Shown here in pieces: positions 27,919 to 38,000 of a stretch of 64,000 bases of DNA. Source of the DNA: an uncultured Candidatus Saccharibacteria bacterium (GTDB lineage Bacteria > Patescibacteriota > Saccharimonadia > CAILAD01 > CAZGYV01); assembly GCA_964530725.1 (NCBI GenBank), contig CAZGYV010000001.1:15829-79828 (forward strand), given 5' to 3'. Below the pieces are notes generated by a model. It was not told the origin of the DNA, made no database searches, and saw only the letters and a program-made list of their open reading frames with translations. A program made the translations under genes and the position numbers. The first letter of the stretch is position 1. The number at the start of each line of letters is the position of its first letter.

Positions 27919-29316
27919 ATGATTTCAAAGCAAACAAGGACGGCACTAGTCTATATCGCCAGTATTATCGCGACGGTCTTGGGCACTATAATTTTAGTCG
28001 CTTTAGCTCGTGGCTATAGCTACGATTTTTTTAGCGGCCAAATCAAAGAGACCGGCCTCGTTATTATTAATTCGCAGCCCTCGGGAGCTTCCATCACTCT
28101 CAATGGCGCTTCCACCAAGCATAAGACGCCATTCCGCCTAGTAAATGCCGAGCCAGGCAATTTAACAGTTGGCCTCAAGAGAGATGAATACCGTGATTGG
28201 CAAAGACAGCTCGTAGTCGAAGCGCAGGAGGTTAGCTTTGCCGACCGCGCGCTGTTAATACCTAAAACTATCCTCTATGACAACTTGTACGGCGACTTTC
28301 GCGCGACATCTGTTGTCCAGTCCAATGATAATCGCCGAGTCGCTTTTGTGACTACTTCGCCCACTCTATCGATCTGGGTATCGGACAATGAGAAGCCGCC
28401 GGTAAGGATATACCAGCCGCCGACACCGACCACGCCAGAAGAAACCGTTACCGCTATCAGCGACCTGCAGCTATCGGCCAATAACGGCAATCAATTACTT
28501 TTTAAGACTACGAGTAATGCCAAGACTCACTTTTTTACTACTCCAACCACTGGCAATCAGATAGCTACCGATATAAATGCTAGCTTTGCGATCGGCGGTG
28601 GCACGCTGACGTTCAATCCTGCCAACGATCGAGAGCTCTTCTGGCTGTACGAGGGCAAGTTGCGCAAGCTCAATCTTGACTCAAAGGCAACCGGCAGCGT
28701 AATGGCTGAAAACATCGCCTACATGAAGATCAAAAGTGATCGAATTTTCTACATCTCAGCCCTCACCCCGACCAACTTAAGTCATGAATTGTGGGGTATG
28801 GATCTGAACGGTGTGCGTAAAATTAAAATTTTAAGCTCAGTCGTTGATAGTCCGGAGTATAAACTCGATTTTGCTCGTGTTCAAAGCCAGGATTACTTGA
28901 TGCTGCTAGCCTCGAAAGACAAGACGGCGGTGCTGTACAGTAATATTTACGACAAGCCTGTTAGCTCGGTTCTTAGCAAAGACGCGACCGATTTTACTTT
29001 TTCGCCCAATGGTACGTATCTGGTCATCAATCATGCCCAGACGGTCAAGGCGTACAACTTGGAGCTGACCGATCGCTTTAATCACAAAACTAGCCTCGCT
29101 GGCCTCACCAGCTGGCGTTGGCTTGATGACTATCATTTGCTTGTCATTACCAATGGTCAGCTGCGGATCATGGACTTTGATGGTCAAAATGACCAGCTTA
29201 TTAGCTCACCGGCCGATCAGGTTGCAACAGTACTGCCAAATAACAACGTCGAGTCAATCAACTACCTGGTGGCTGGACAGGTCAAAAAACTCTACCTTAC
29301 GCTTGAGAAAAAATAG
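27919..29316 (+). CDS. Membrane-anchored PEGA-domain protein with C-terminal beta-rich (propeller-like) region
   Basis: N-terminal TM, then SQPSGASITLNGASTKHKTPFRL...GLKRDEYRDWQRQLVV (PEGA-like). Confidence 0.5.
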   Translation: MISKQTRTALVYIASIIATVLGTIILVALARGYSYDFFSGQIKETGLVIINSQPSGASITLNGASTKHKTPFRLVNAEPGNLTVGLKRDEYRDWQRQLVVEAQEVSFADRALLIPKTILYDNLYGDFRATSVVQSNDNRRVAFVTTSPTLSIWVSDNEKPPVRIYQPPTPTTPEETVTAISDLQLSANNGNQLLFKTTSNAKTHFFTTPTTGNQIATDINASFAIGGGTLTFNPANDRELFWLYEGKLRKLNLDSKATGSVMAENIAYMKIKSDRIFYISALTPTNLSHELWGMDLNGVRKIKILSSVVDSPEYKLDFARVQSQDYLMLLASKDKTAVLYSNIYDKPVSSVLSKDATDFTFSPNGTYLVINHAQTVKAYNLELTDRFNHKTSLAGLTSWRWLDDYHLLVITNGQLRIMDFDGQNDQLISSPADQVATVLPNNNVESINYLVAGQVKKLYLTLEKK

Positions 29317-30441
29317 CTAGCTAACTTCTGGCAGCCGCGGCCGGCTGTCGTTTTTTGGTGTACTCTGCGGACTGGCCGGGTCATTTGCATCTTCACCCGG
29401 TGTGAAAAAGGCAATAATTTTACCAAAGAATGTTCGAATTTGCTCGCCAAAGCTCGGTACTTGACCGGGCAGACTGACTGATTCTACTGCCTTACTGTCG
29501 GTTAGCTGCGGCTGAACCTTAGCCGAGGGCAGCGGCTCGATCTGTTTGGCCACGACTATCAATCGCTTCCAACTGGTGCCCGGTGGCGTACAGGTGATAA
29601 GAGTTAGGGTTGGTTCGCTGGTCTGATTTAGTACCGATAAATCATTTGGCAGCACTACTTTTGTTTCGGTCACTTCGTAGACATATTTTTTGGAAGAATA
29701 ATTGATCTGCACTTTGTCGCCGACAGCCATTTTATCGAGCAAGGCAAAGACGAACTTGTAGTTACCCGGCTCCCACCAGTCATTGCTAGAGTGCCCGACA
29801 ATCACCACGTTGCCGACTTCTCCAGGGACGGCGGTACCGGCATAGTGCACGACACCGTTTTGAAGGGCTTTTTGAATATTACTCTCCTGCTGGCTTGGCT
29901 CCATGACGAGTGGCGCGCTGGAGTTGATTTTGGGAATTGTGACGATATTTTCGGGGGGCACGATTTCCACAGGTGTTGGCGTAGTGTTAACTTCTTGCGC
30001 TTCGGTCGGTAGGTTGACGCTCTCGCTGACCTGCGGTGGATTGAAGAGGTAGTTAATCTGCGAGATGATCATCGGCGCGTTAAATACCAGCGCGAATACG
30101 ACAAAGCTAGCCAGGCCAATGCTAATAAACTTGAGCCGGCTTTTGGTGAAAATCTTTTTAAGCTTCAGTCTGTCCGCTATTACCCCCAAGCGAGTACTAA
30201 TAGGATGATTTCTTATGTGATATGTCACTCGGTGGCGCATGCGTTCGGGTATCTTACTAGGCTCGGGAACGTCCGCTGATAGTGGCATGGGCTCGGCTTT
30301 TTTTGGTGGTGGCGGCGGTGGCGGAGCTATCTGAGTCCCGCGACCAAACAAAATAGCCTGGGCTTCCAATTCAGCCTTGGTTGGTTTATGCTTGTGAGAA
30401 GCCGATCCGTCGGTCTCGTGACTAGGATGTATTGTAGACAT
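29317..30441 (-). CDS. Sortase (class A/E-like transpeptidase) with cytoplasmic poly-Pro tail and TM anchor
   Basis: GNVVIVGHSS (His), TLITCTP (TLxTC catalytic Cys) motifs; first ATG with sensible context at 30441 (track start 30534 lies in promoter-like AT-rich region). Confidence 0.75.
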   Translation of the reverse strand: MSTIHPSHETDGSASHKHKPTKAELEAQAILFGRGTQIAPPPPPPPKKAEPMPLSADVPEPSKIPERMRHRVTYHIRNHPISTRLGVIADRLKLKKIFTKSRLKFISIGLASFVVFALVFNAPMIISQINYLFNPPQVSESVNLPTEAQEVNTTPTPVEIVPPENIVTIPKINSSAPLVMEPSQQESNIQKALQNGVVHYAGTAVPGEVGNVVIVGHSSNDWWEPGNYKFVFALLDKMAVGDKVQINYSSKKYVYEVTETKVVLPNDLSVLNQTSEPTLTLITCTPPGTSWKRLIVVAKQIEPLPSAKVQPQLTDSKAVESVSLPGQVPSFGEQIRTFFGKIIAFFTPGEDANDPASPQSTPKNDSRPRLPEVS

Positions 30442-30504
30442 AATTATACTTTTACAACTCTGATATAATCTATTATAATACAGGAGTTTTGTTAGAACTT
30501 CCAA

Positions 30505-30591
30505 GCCAGAGTGGTGGAATTGGTATACACGCACGACTCAAAATCGTGTGGAGGCAACTCCTTGTGGGTTCGAGTCCCACCTCTGGCACCA
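30505..30591 (+). tRNA. tRNA-Leu (anticodon CAA), long variable arm
   Basis: GCCAGAGTGGTGGAATTGGTATACACGCACGACTCAAAATCGTG...GTGGGTTCGAGTCCCACCTCTGGCACCA; anticodon loop CTCAAAA. Confidence 0.85.
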
Positions 30592-30627
30592 ACCAAAGTC
30601 CCACGTTAGTGGGGTTTTTGAATATGC

Positions 30628-31476
30628 CTATCCTAACTCCGCCAAAGTACTTTTCAAATTGACCAATGTCTCAGGTGTTTGCAAAGATTGCCTAAAAATA
30701 TAGCTAGCGGTCATAGCTTTGGGCAAAAATTGATCAATATCATTATCATATTGGGCCACTAAGCCCGCCAGTAGGCCGATCAAATAGCCACGGCAATGAT
30801 CAATATCTTCCATCTCAAGGCTGGTAACACCGACTTTATCACCATCTTCGCTGACGATAATATTGTTATTGTCATAAATTACAAAACCTGCCCTTAAACT
30901 GGTTCGCAGAGTATTGATGATATCTATAATGTTAAATATGCCCCGATCCGGCTTGATATCAACGCCGATTTTCAAGTGATTAGCAAGCGTGATAAGCCCC
31001 TTCGTGCTTAAACAGAAAATCGCTTGAGTGTCACTAAAAATGGTCGGATTAATTGATACGACCGACAATGCTTCATCACTCACTAAAATTACGGCTTTAG
31101 CGTCAGTCAACATGTACTCTAGCGCCATTTGGGTCGAGGCACTTTCGGCCAGGCCGGGTGCTAAAACAAGCAAATTGCAGTTCGCACCAGCGTCTTGCAA
31201 AGAGCTTACTTTAAGCATTTTATTTTTATCAAGTTCTATATAGGCAGCGACAGGTAGCCCATGGGTAAACTCGGCAATTTGCGCCGGCACGATCAATTCC
31301 GTTGTTGCGCCAAGAGCACCAGCTGCTTGATAGCAATCACTTAGGGTTTTTAGGCCTTTCACACTACCACCCACGATTGTCAGCCGCGGCCGCAACACTG
31401 GATTGATCGGTCGATTAAACAACACGTCCCCGAATAATAATTCGTCTTTTTGTCGTATGATGGCGGGAGTTGACAC
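30628..31476 (-). CDS. YjeF C-terminal domain protein: ADP-dependent (S)-NAD(P)H-hydrate dehydratase-like carbohydrate kinase
   Basis: LVLAPGLAES..., VILVSDEALS..., DHCRGYLIGLLAGLVAQ matching YjeF_C G-x-GD-x-L-x-G motif region. Confidence 0.5.
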   Translation of the reverse strand: MSTPAIIRQKDELLFGDVLFNRPINPVLRPRLTIVGGSVKGLKTLSDCYQAAGALGATTELIVPAQIAEFTHGLPVAAYIELDKNKMLKVSSLQDAGANCNLLVLAPGLAESASTQMALEYMLTDAKAVILVSDEALSVVSINPTIFSDTQAIFCLSTKGLITLANHLKIGVDIKPDRGIFNIIDIINTLRTSLRAGFVIYDNNNIIVSEDGDKVGVTSLEMEDIDHCRGYLIGLLAGLVAQYDNDIDQFLPKAMTASYIFRQSLQTPETLVNLKSTLAELG

Positions 31477-31488
31477 GAGTTTTAAAAT

Positions 31489-31887
31489 TTAAGATTTAAT
31501 GTAGAGCTGATTTAGCTCAGGCGGTAAAACACGCGCTAGTTTGATTTTGGAGTGAGGGTCTGCCACCGTTTTCACTGCCCTAAAGTAGGCTTTGAGCAAG
31601 TTAGTAACCTCAGTATTATCCGTTAGCTGAAGACTGATTTTAAGCCTTTCAACAATGGTAGCATGGCGGTAGCGCGGCTGGAGACCACCTAAGCGTACGA
31701 AAAACTTTTGCCGGCTGGGTTGCAAGTAGCCAGGAAGTATGGCAAACAAACGCTCCGAGCGCTTGGCTTCAATCGTGGCATCGAGCGCGCTGGTGACGGC
31801 TCGCGTGGCACGCTCGGCATCACTATTGCTTAATAGATTGGCGTGCTGCTTGACAAGTGCTAAAAAATAATCTGGAATAGGCTTCAT
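31489..31887 (-). CDS. Hypothetical protein (132 aa)
   Basis: ORF only. Confidence 0.4.
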   Translation of the reverse strand: MKPIPDYFLALVKQHANLLSNSDAERATRAVTSALDATIEAKRSERLFAILPGYLQPSRQKFFVRLGGLQPRYRHATIVERLKISLQLTDNTEVTNLLKAYFRAVKTVADPHSKIKLARVLPPELNQLYIKS

Positions 31888-31926
31888 AATTGCCTACTCT
31901 ACCATAAAAAGCTGGTTTTTACCAGA

Positions 31927-32181
31927 TTAATCCTTGTCGAAATTCTGCTTGAGAGAACGGACTTTATTTTCAGCCGTCTTCAGATAAGCTTGCAAGTCTT
32001 TGGCGATCTTGACCCCGCGCTCATATTTGGCAATTGCCTGATCAATGTCAACATCGCTACCCTGCAAGTACTGCGCGATTGACTCGAGCTCTACCATCTG
32101 CGCGCCAAAATCAAAATCGGAGCTGTGTTTGGTCGGTGCTTTGTTTGCGATTGCTTCTTTTTTGTGAGCTGGCTCTGGCAC
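31927..32181 (-). CDS. xseB: Exodeoxyribonuclease VII small subunit
   Basis: FDFGAQMVELESIAQYLQGSDVDIDQAIAKYERGVKIAKDLQ matches XseB. GTG at 32181 preceded by AAGAGGA (5-nt spacing), embedded in the 3' end of xseA; gives 85 aa. Confidence 0.65.
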   Translation of the reverse strand: MPEPAHKKEAIANKAPTKHSSDFDFGAQMVELESIAQYLQGSDVDIDQAIAKYERGVKIAKDLQAYLKTAENKVRSLKQNFDKD

Positions 32182-33385
32182 TGTTTTCCTCTTTAATCCG
32201 AGCGAGTCGGGCTTTCCCTTGGTGTAATTGTAGCACAACTACGCTATTTGTTTTTATCTGGTTGGCTGAAGTCACCGTCTTGCCGTCTACTGTCGCCAAA
32301 CTATAACCGCGCGCCAATACGGCCTTAGGGTTCAAATCGTCCAAGATTTGCCGCAAAACCTCGACTCTATCAATTTGTCTCTGGAGGTGTTTTTCCATAC
32401 CATAGTGGCTCAACTCAATTATGCGAGTGAGTTTAGATTTGACGTCATGGTAGAGGCCAGCAAAATGATGGTTAATTTGCTCGATTCGCGTTTCCAGTCG
32501 CGCCAACAGCTCCATCACACGCTGATTGGAATTGGCGTGTAAATTGTTGATGGCGATGATTTGCTGGTGCTTATCGGGTACCAGCCGACGGGCAGCATCG
32601 GTCGGTGTGGCAGCCCGCACATCGGCTACCAGCTCGGCTAGGCTAACATCATCTTCATGGCCAATACCAACAACGCAAGCTATCTTGGAGCCATAGACAG
32701 CTCGCACCACGTCCTCATGATTAAAAGCCTGCAGGTCTTCGGCGCTACCGCCGCCGCGTATCAAGACTAAGGCGTCATAGTCATCGCTACTTTGATTGAA
32801 ATAATTGATCGCCCGCACGATTTGCCTTGGCGCCTCTAAGCCTTGGACTTGCACCTGAGCTTGGTCAATAACAAGCCCACCCCAGCGATCATTGATTATA
32901 GTGATAAAGTCATTAAAAGCCGCCGCCTGGCGCGACGTAATAAGGGCTACACGACGCGGATATGGTGGCAGCACTCGTTTACGATCGGGCGCGAACAAAC
33001 CTTCGCGCTCAAATTGGGCTTTCAAAAGGTCAAAAGCTCGCTTGACCGCACCCTCTCCCGATAGCTCGATTTCTTTAACGGTCAGGCTAAATTTACCCCA
33101 CTTGGTCAGATTTGGCGTGGCGACTACCCGCACCAGCATGCCATCTTCAAGAGCCACCTTCAAGTTGTATACCGTCATAAAGCAGCCGATGGTAGACGTT
33201 TCATCCTTCAGGTCAAAAAACACCCATTTACCTTGATTCACTTTAAAGCTGGCAATCTCCCCTTCGATTACGACCGAGGGATAAGCGAACTCCAGCGTCT
33301 GATTGAGGAGCGCATGAAATTGACTGACTGTTAATATTTCATTTTCCACGGTGGCTCTTCTTCGCGGGCTGGTTATTTTCATCAA
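32111..33385 (-). CDS. xseA: Exodeoxyribonuclease VII large subunit
   Basis: N-terminal OB-fold ILTVSQFHALLNQTLE...VVIEGEISNFK, central catalytic region, 424 aa. Confidence 0.85.
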   Translation of the reverse strand: MMKITSPRRRATVENEILTVSQFHALLNQTLEFAYPSVVIEGEIASFKVNQGKWVFFDLKDETSTIGCFMTVYNLKVALEDGMLVRVVATPNLTKWGKFSLTVKEIELSGEGAVKRAFDLLKAQFEREGLFAPDRKRVLPPYPRRVALITSRQAAAFNDFITIINDRWGGLVIDQAQVQVQGLEAPRQIVRAINYFNQSSDDYDALVLIRGGGSAEDLQAFNHEDVVRAVYGSKIACVVGIGHEDDVSLAELVADVRAATPTDAARRLVPDKHQQIIAINNLHANSNQRVMELLARLETRIEQINHHFAGLYHDVKSKLTRIIELSHYGMEKHLQRQIDRVEVLRQILDDLNPKAVLARGYSLATVDGKTVTSANQIKTNSVVVLQLHQGKARLARIKEENSARASSQKRSNRKQSTDQTQLRF

Positions 33386-34370
33386 TCATGGTTCTTTTGT
33401 AATAATAAAGCCCGAGCGGCACATAGAGCCACAGGGCGATCAAGCGGTAAACCGTCACCACCGACAAGCTTAGGGCGAATGGCTGGCCCAATGCCACAAA
33501 GGTTGCCACCATTGTCGCCTCATAGACCCCAATGCCGCCAGTGAAAATTGAAGCCAGTGAAAACACTAGCGCTAGAATATAGCCGGCAATCACTAGCCCT
33601 GGATTGACCGCTGTGCCAAAGGCCAGAAAAATAACGTAGATCGAGAAGATTTCAAATATAAAATAAGCTAATATCGACATAATTGGCCCTTTTAAGCGTA
33701 AGTGGTTCTTGCTGATGTAGTCCAGGGCACCGTAAAACTCATCGACAAATTTCTCGACGTTCTTGATCGACAAAGTACTATGTTTAAACCGGGTCATGAT
33801 AGCATTAATCGGCCGGGTCGACCAGACAAGTAGTTTTTTGGTCAAATCACGCGAAAACAACAATACTGCGGCCATGACGCCAATGATTATCACGACAATT
33901 AAAAATATTAAGACAATCTTAAAGCTAATCGCGGCTACTTGATCGGATAAAAAAAGCAGCAAAAAGGCCAAGCCAGCAAAAAATAAAAAGCAGAAGAAGC
34001 TTATTGGATACCAAAATATCTGCGCGATCGTGACAGTGTGGCTATCGAGCTTATCTTCCAGCTCGCGTGACATATACGACACCCCTGATATACCGCCGCT
34101 TGGGAAAACCGTATTAACGAAATTCATCCCCATCACGACCGGAAAAAGTCGTTTGTGTTCGACATCGTGATTAAAAATTTTAAAAAAACTCTGAAAATAT
34201 TTTGTATTTGCCCAATAGCTGAGGTAGCGAACGATTAAAATCGTGCTTAGTATCCAAATATTCATGTTCTGGATTAGATTTTGCAGGTTCGCAAAGTTGT
34301 CGATATTGCGTGCGAATAAAACGCCAATCACCACAATAGCGATAAAAAACAAAAAATGGCGGGCTTTCAT
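33339..34370 (-). CDS. UPF0104/flippase-like (LPG-synthase TM region family) membrane protein
   Basis: ~8 TM helices; 3' end overlaps xseA start by 47 nt. Confidence 0.5.
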   Translation of the reverse strand: MKARHFLFFIAIVVIGVLFARNIDNFANLQNLIQNMNIWILSTILIVRYLSYWANTKYFQSFFKIFNHDVEHKRLFPVVMGMNFVNTVFPSGGISGVSYMSRELEDKLDSHTVTIAQIFWYPISFFCFLFFAGLAFLLLFLSDQVAAISFKIVLIFLIVVIIIGVMAAVLLFSRDLTKKLLVWSTRPINAIMTRFKHSTLSIKNVEKFVDEFYGALDYISKNHLRLKGPIMSILAYFIFEIFSIYVIFLAFGTAVNPGLVIAGYILALVFSLASIFTGGIGVYEATMVATFVALGQPFALSLSVVTVYRLIALWLYVPLGLYYYKRTMIDENNQPAKKSHRGK

Positions 34371-34443
34371 GGTTATTATTCTATCCCATATCGTCTCGCA
34401 GGACTAATAAATGAATTACCGTTTTTGAGGTATACTTTTAGTT

Positions 34444-35610
34444 ATGAAGATTGCGATTTTAGGACGTGTTGGCGAGCTGTGTCGGGCTGAACTCGAAAGC
34501 TTGTCGAGTTCAGAGTGCGAGCATCTGACTGATAATATCAGCCTGATTGGTGATCGTCAGGAGCTGGATATTGCCTACTTGGGCGGAGTAGTCAAGCTCG
34601 CGCAAGTTATTTATGACGGAGAACAGACTAGCGCCAATGACATACAAGATACCGTGACAAACTTTTTACGCCAAAAAAATCTTACCCATAAAGTTTCTTT
34701 TGGCCTCAGCCTATATGGGGACGTGCGAGCGCTTCAAAAGCAATCCTCGTCCAAACTTGGTATTAATATCAAAAAGCACTTAGTCAAAAATGGCATGTCA
34801 GCTCGTTTCGTGCCGGCCAAAAATCGGCAGTTTTTATCAGCCGCTCAAGTTTTGTTTAACAATCTCGCCGGTCAAGACGACAAAGGCTTTGACTTTGTCT
34901 GCCTGTTATTTAAAAAGCGCCTGATCATCGGCACTACAATGGCAGTACAAGATATCCTAAGCTATAGTAAGCGTGACTACGAGCGCCCTTGCCGCGATAT
35001 GGTCGTCGGCATGCTGCCACCGAAACTCGCGCAAATTTTGATTAATCTCGCTCGCCCCAACCCCGGCCAAGTAGTTTGTGATCCCTTTTGCGGTAGCGGC
35101 GTCGTCTTACAGGAAGCTTTGCTGGCTGGTCACCAGGTATGCGGCAGCGATATTAGCTCCAAAATGATAGATTGTAGTCAAAAAAATCTAACTTGGTTGG
35201 CAGAAAATTATCAAATTAACCAACCTTTTAAATTATCAGTTCAGGATGCAACTCAATTGACTGATTTACCACCGAATTGCGTTATCGTAAGTGAAGGTTA
35301 TCTTGGGGAGCCTCTCGACAAGTTGCCGGCCTCGAAAACTCACCAAGCGCAAATCAATAAGCTAGAAGCTTTGTACTTAAGTTTTCTTGGTAATTTAGCG
35401 AAGCTAGCAAACTCACCTGAGCGGATCGCTATTTGCCTGCCTGTTTGGCAATCGGATGGCAATATTATCACTCTTAATATCATTGACCAAATTGTTAAAA
35501 TGGGGTATACTTTAGAACAGTTTGCTGGTGCCGACAGCAAAAAAATGATCTATTTGCGACCCAAGCAAATTGTCGGCCGCCAGGTATTAGCGCTAAAAAG
35601 AAAGGTCTAG
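34444..35610 (+). CDS. Class I SAM-dependent RNA (guanine-N2-like) methyltransferase with N-terminal THUMP-like region
   Basis: DPFCGSGVVLQEA motif (RlmL/Trm11-type), LPVW..DG catalytic-like region. Confidence 0.55.
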   Translation: MKIAILGRVGELCRAELESLSSSECEHLTDNISLIGDRQELDIAYLGGVVKLAQVIYDGEQTSANDIQDTVTNFLRQKNLTHKVSFGLSLYGDVRALQKQSSSKLGINIKKHLVKNGMSARFVPAKNRQFLSAAQVLFNNLAGQDDKGFDFVCLLFKKRLIIGTTMAVQDILSYSKRDYERPCRDMVVGMLPPKLAQILINLARPNPGQVVCDPFCGSGVVLQEALLAGHQVCGSDISSKMIDCSQKNLTWLAENYQINQPFKLSVQDATQLTDLPPNCVIVSEGYLGEPLDKLPASKTHQAQINKLEALYLSFLGNLAKLANSPERIAICLPVWQSDGNIITLNIIDQIVKMGYTLEQFAGADSKKMIYLRPKQIVGRQVLALKRKV

Positions 35611-35614
35611 TTAA

Positions 35615-35887
35615 GTGTCAAAGACAAAAGCTGGTGGTTCCACAAAAAACGGCCGCGATTCACAATCCAAACGACTGGGCGTGAAGCTTTTTGGCGGTCA
35701 AATGGTCAAGCCAGGAGACATTATTGTGCGTCAACGCGGCACCAAATTCGAACCCGGTAAGAATACTGGCCTTGGCGTTGACCACACTATCTACGCCCAA
35801 ACTGCCGGTCAAGTAGTTTTCTCGAAAACTCAAAAAACGCTGTTCACCGGATCGGTTAAGCGCAAAACCCTAGTTAGCGTTGAATAA
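35615..35887 (+). CDS. rpmA: 50S ribosomal protein L27
   Basis: [44 protein letters not shown] - near-universal bL27 signature. Confidence 0.9.
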   Translation: MSKTKAGGSTKNGRDSQSKRLGVKLFGGQMVKPGDIIVRQRGTKFEPGKNTGLGVDHTIYAQTAGQVVFSKTQKTLFTGSVKRKTLVSVE

Positions 35888-35890
35888 TAA

Positions 35891-36304
35891 TTAACTCGGC
35901 TGGTCTTTTGACTCGCCTGCTGTCTGGCCTTGAGTACCTAGTAGACGGCGGATTTTGGTTACAACTTCACCAATCGTAGTCTGCGATTTTACGCAGTATT
36001 CATTCGCGCCTAGAGCCATCGCTTTGGCAACGTCTTTTTCCTGCGACAAGGCTGATAAGACAATAATTTTTATGTGCTTCACCCCGTCAGTGTTGCGCAA
36101 AATATCAAGCGTGTCGTAGCCGGAAATCCGTGGCATCATGATATCAAGTAAAATTAAATCTGGCTTGTGCTCAGCAGTTTTGGCAAGCGCGTCCTCGCCA
36201 TTCGAGCACCAAAACACGTCAAAGCCCTCGGCCTCAAGCCTGGTTTGATAGGCCGAAGCTAGTTCTTGATCATCTTCAACAATTAATATTCTATGCTTTA
36301 CCAC
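35891..36304 (-). CDS. Stand-alone response-regulator receiver domain protein (CheY-like)
   Basis: ILIVEDD...(D)LILLDIMMP (phospho-acceptor Asp)...VLSAL...KS motifs; 137 aa. Confidence 0.7.
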   Translation of the reverse strand: MVKHRILIVEDDQELASAYQTRLEAEGFDVFWCSNGEDALAKTAEHKPDLILLDIMMPRISGYDTLDILRNTDGVKHIKIIVLSALSQEKDVAKAMALGANEYCVKSQTTIGEVVTKIRRLLGTQGQTAGESKDQPS

Positions 36305-37946
36305 CTCTTACTCCTTTACGGTTAATGATAGTAGCCTGCTGGGACTTGGCAAAATGTTTGGCAGCGCCGATAAAATCTCTAAAAAGCGGATGCGGACGGT
36401 TGGGTCGCGACAAAAATTCTGGATGGAACTGGCTGGCGATATAAAATGGATGATCTAGTAATTCGACTATTTCAACTAGCTTTTCATCCGGCGAAAGCCC
36501 GCTTAAAACCAAGCCGCATGCCCCAAGTTGCTCTCTATAGCTATTATTGAACTCGAAACGATGCCGATGCCGTTCGATGATTTTGGTCTTACCATAGGCC
36601 AAGAAAGCCCGAGAATTTTTACTTAAAACTGCCGGATAATCACCTAGGCGCATCGTGCCGCCGAGGTCAACATCAACCTGGTCGGCCATTATGTCGATAA
36701 CCGGGTACTTCGTATCAGGATCAAGTTCGGTCGAATGCGCACCCGATAGGCCAGCGACATTGCGGGCAAATTCAATCACTGCGATCTGCATGCCCAAGCA
36801 CAACCCAAGATAAGGTACTTTATTCTCGCGGCTATACTGGGCGGCTACAATCTTGCCTTCCGTACCACGATTACCGAACCCACCAGGAACTACCACGCCG
36901 TCCACGTCAGCCAGCTCGTCAGTTGAAACCTCAAGCTTCTCAGCATTAATCCACTTAATCTCAACCTGCAGGTTATGATACCAGCCGGCCGCTCGAATCG
37001 CTTCGCAAACACTCATATAAGTGTCCTCGTGGCTCAAATATTTGGCAATAACAGCAATCTTAATCGAGTCTTGGCTGTTTTTTATGCGATCAACCAGGCC
37101 GTACCAATCACTCAGCTTAGCCGTTCGCTTAGGCAACTCCAGCGTTTTTACGATATAGTCGCCGATACCACTCTCTTCCATGCGCAACGGCACCTCGTAG
37201 ACTGTCTTGGCTGTCGGCAGAGATACGATCGCTTCATTGTCAACATCGCAATACATGCTTAGTTTTTCAATCGCCGATTTAGACAGCTCATGATCGCTGC
37301 GCACGCACAAGACGTCGGCTTGGATGCCTACTTCGCGCAAATCACGGACGCTGTTTTGAGCTGGCTTTGTCTTCAGCTCCTTGCTCGCGCCCAGGTATGG
37401 TACGAAGACGAGATGGACATACAGAACGTTAGCGGTCCCGACGCGGCGCTTGAACTGTCGGATCGCCTCCATATTGGCCATCGACTCGTAGTCGCCGACC
37501 GTGCCACCGATTTCGACGATGTGAATTTGACTGTTTTTGCCGGCCTCAATAATTTTACGTTGAATTTCGTTGGTGATATGAGGAATTATCTGCACCGTCT
37601 TACCCAGAAACTTACCTTTGCGCTCAGCCGCGAATACACTGGCAAAAACCTCACCGTTCATGGTTGAGCTAGCTTTGGTCAACTCTCTATCGATAAAACG
37701 CTCGTAGTGTCCCAAGTCAAGATCAGTCTCACCGCCGTCTTTGGTCACGAAGACCTCACCGTGTTCTGCCGGGTTAAGCGTGCCGGCATCCGTGTTCAAG
37801 TACGGATCGCATTTTTGCATGCTGACAACAAATCCTCGCGCTCCGAGAATTTTACCGAGTGAAGCTGCCGTTATGCCTTTGCCGAGACCCGACATCACGC
37901 CGCCAGTCACGAAAATATACTTGGTTTTTCCTAGTTCATCCACCAT
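36291..37946 (-). CDS. pyrG: CTP synthase
   Basis: KYIFVTGGVMSGLGKGI, glutamine amidotransferase GLCLGMQ (Cys) and HPEF motifs. Confidence 0.9.
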   Translation of the reverse strand: MVDELGKTKYIFVTGGVMSGLGKGITAASLGKILGARGFVVSMQKCDPYLNTDAGTLNPAEHGEVFVTKDGGETDLDLGHYERFIDRELTKASSTMNGEVFASVFAAERKGKFLGKTVQIIPHITNEIQRKIIEAGKNSQIHIVEIGGTVGDYESMANMEAIRQFKRRVGTANVLYVHLVFVPYLGASKELKTKPAQNSVRDLREVGIQADVLCVRSDHELSKSAIEKLSMYCDVDNEAIVSLPTAKTVYEVPLRMEESGIGDYIVKTLELPKRTAKLSDWYGLVDRIKNSQDSIKIAVIAKYLSHEDTYMSVCEAIRAAGWYHNLQVEIKWINAEKLEVSTDELADVDGVVVPGGFGNRGTEGKIVAAQYSRENKVPYLGLCLGMQIAVIEFARNVAGLSGAHSTELDPDTKYPVIDIMADQVDVDLGGTMRLGDYPAVLSKNSRAFLAYGKTKIIERHRHRFEFNNSYREQLGACGLVLSGLSPDEKLVEIVELLDHPFYIASQFHPEFLSRPNRPHPLFRDFIGAAKHFAKSQQATIINRKGVRGGKA

Positions 37947-38000
37947 CTACGAAAACCTCTGTTTAAACCATAATAACCCTTATGATTTATAGCAGTCAAA

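Noticed and set aside
30442-30534. N-terminal extension of the sortase ORF (MRVYQFHHSGLEVLTKLLYYNRLYQSCKSII).
   Set aside because: It translates an AT-rich promoter-like region (TATAAT boxes). The internal ATG at 30441 is the more plausible start.
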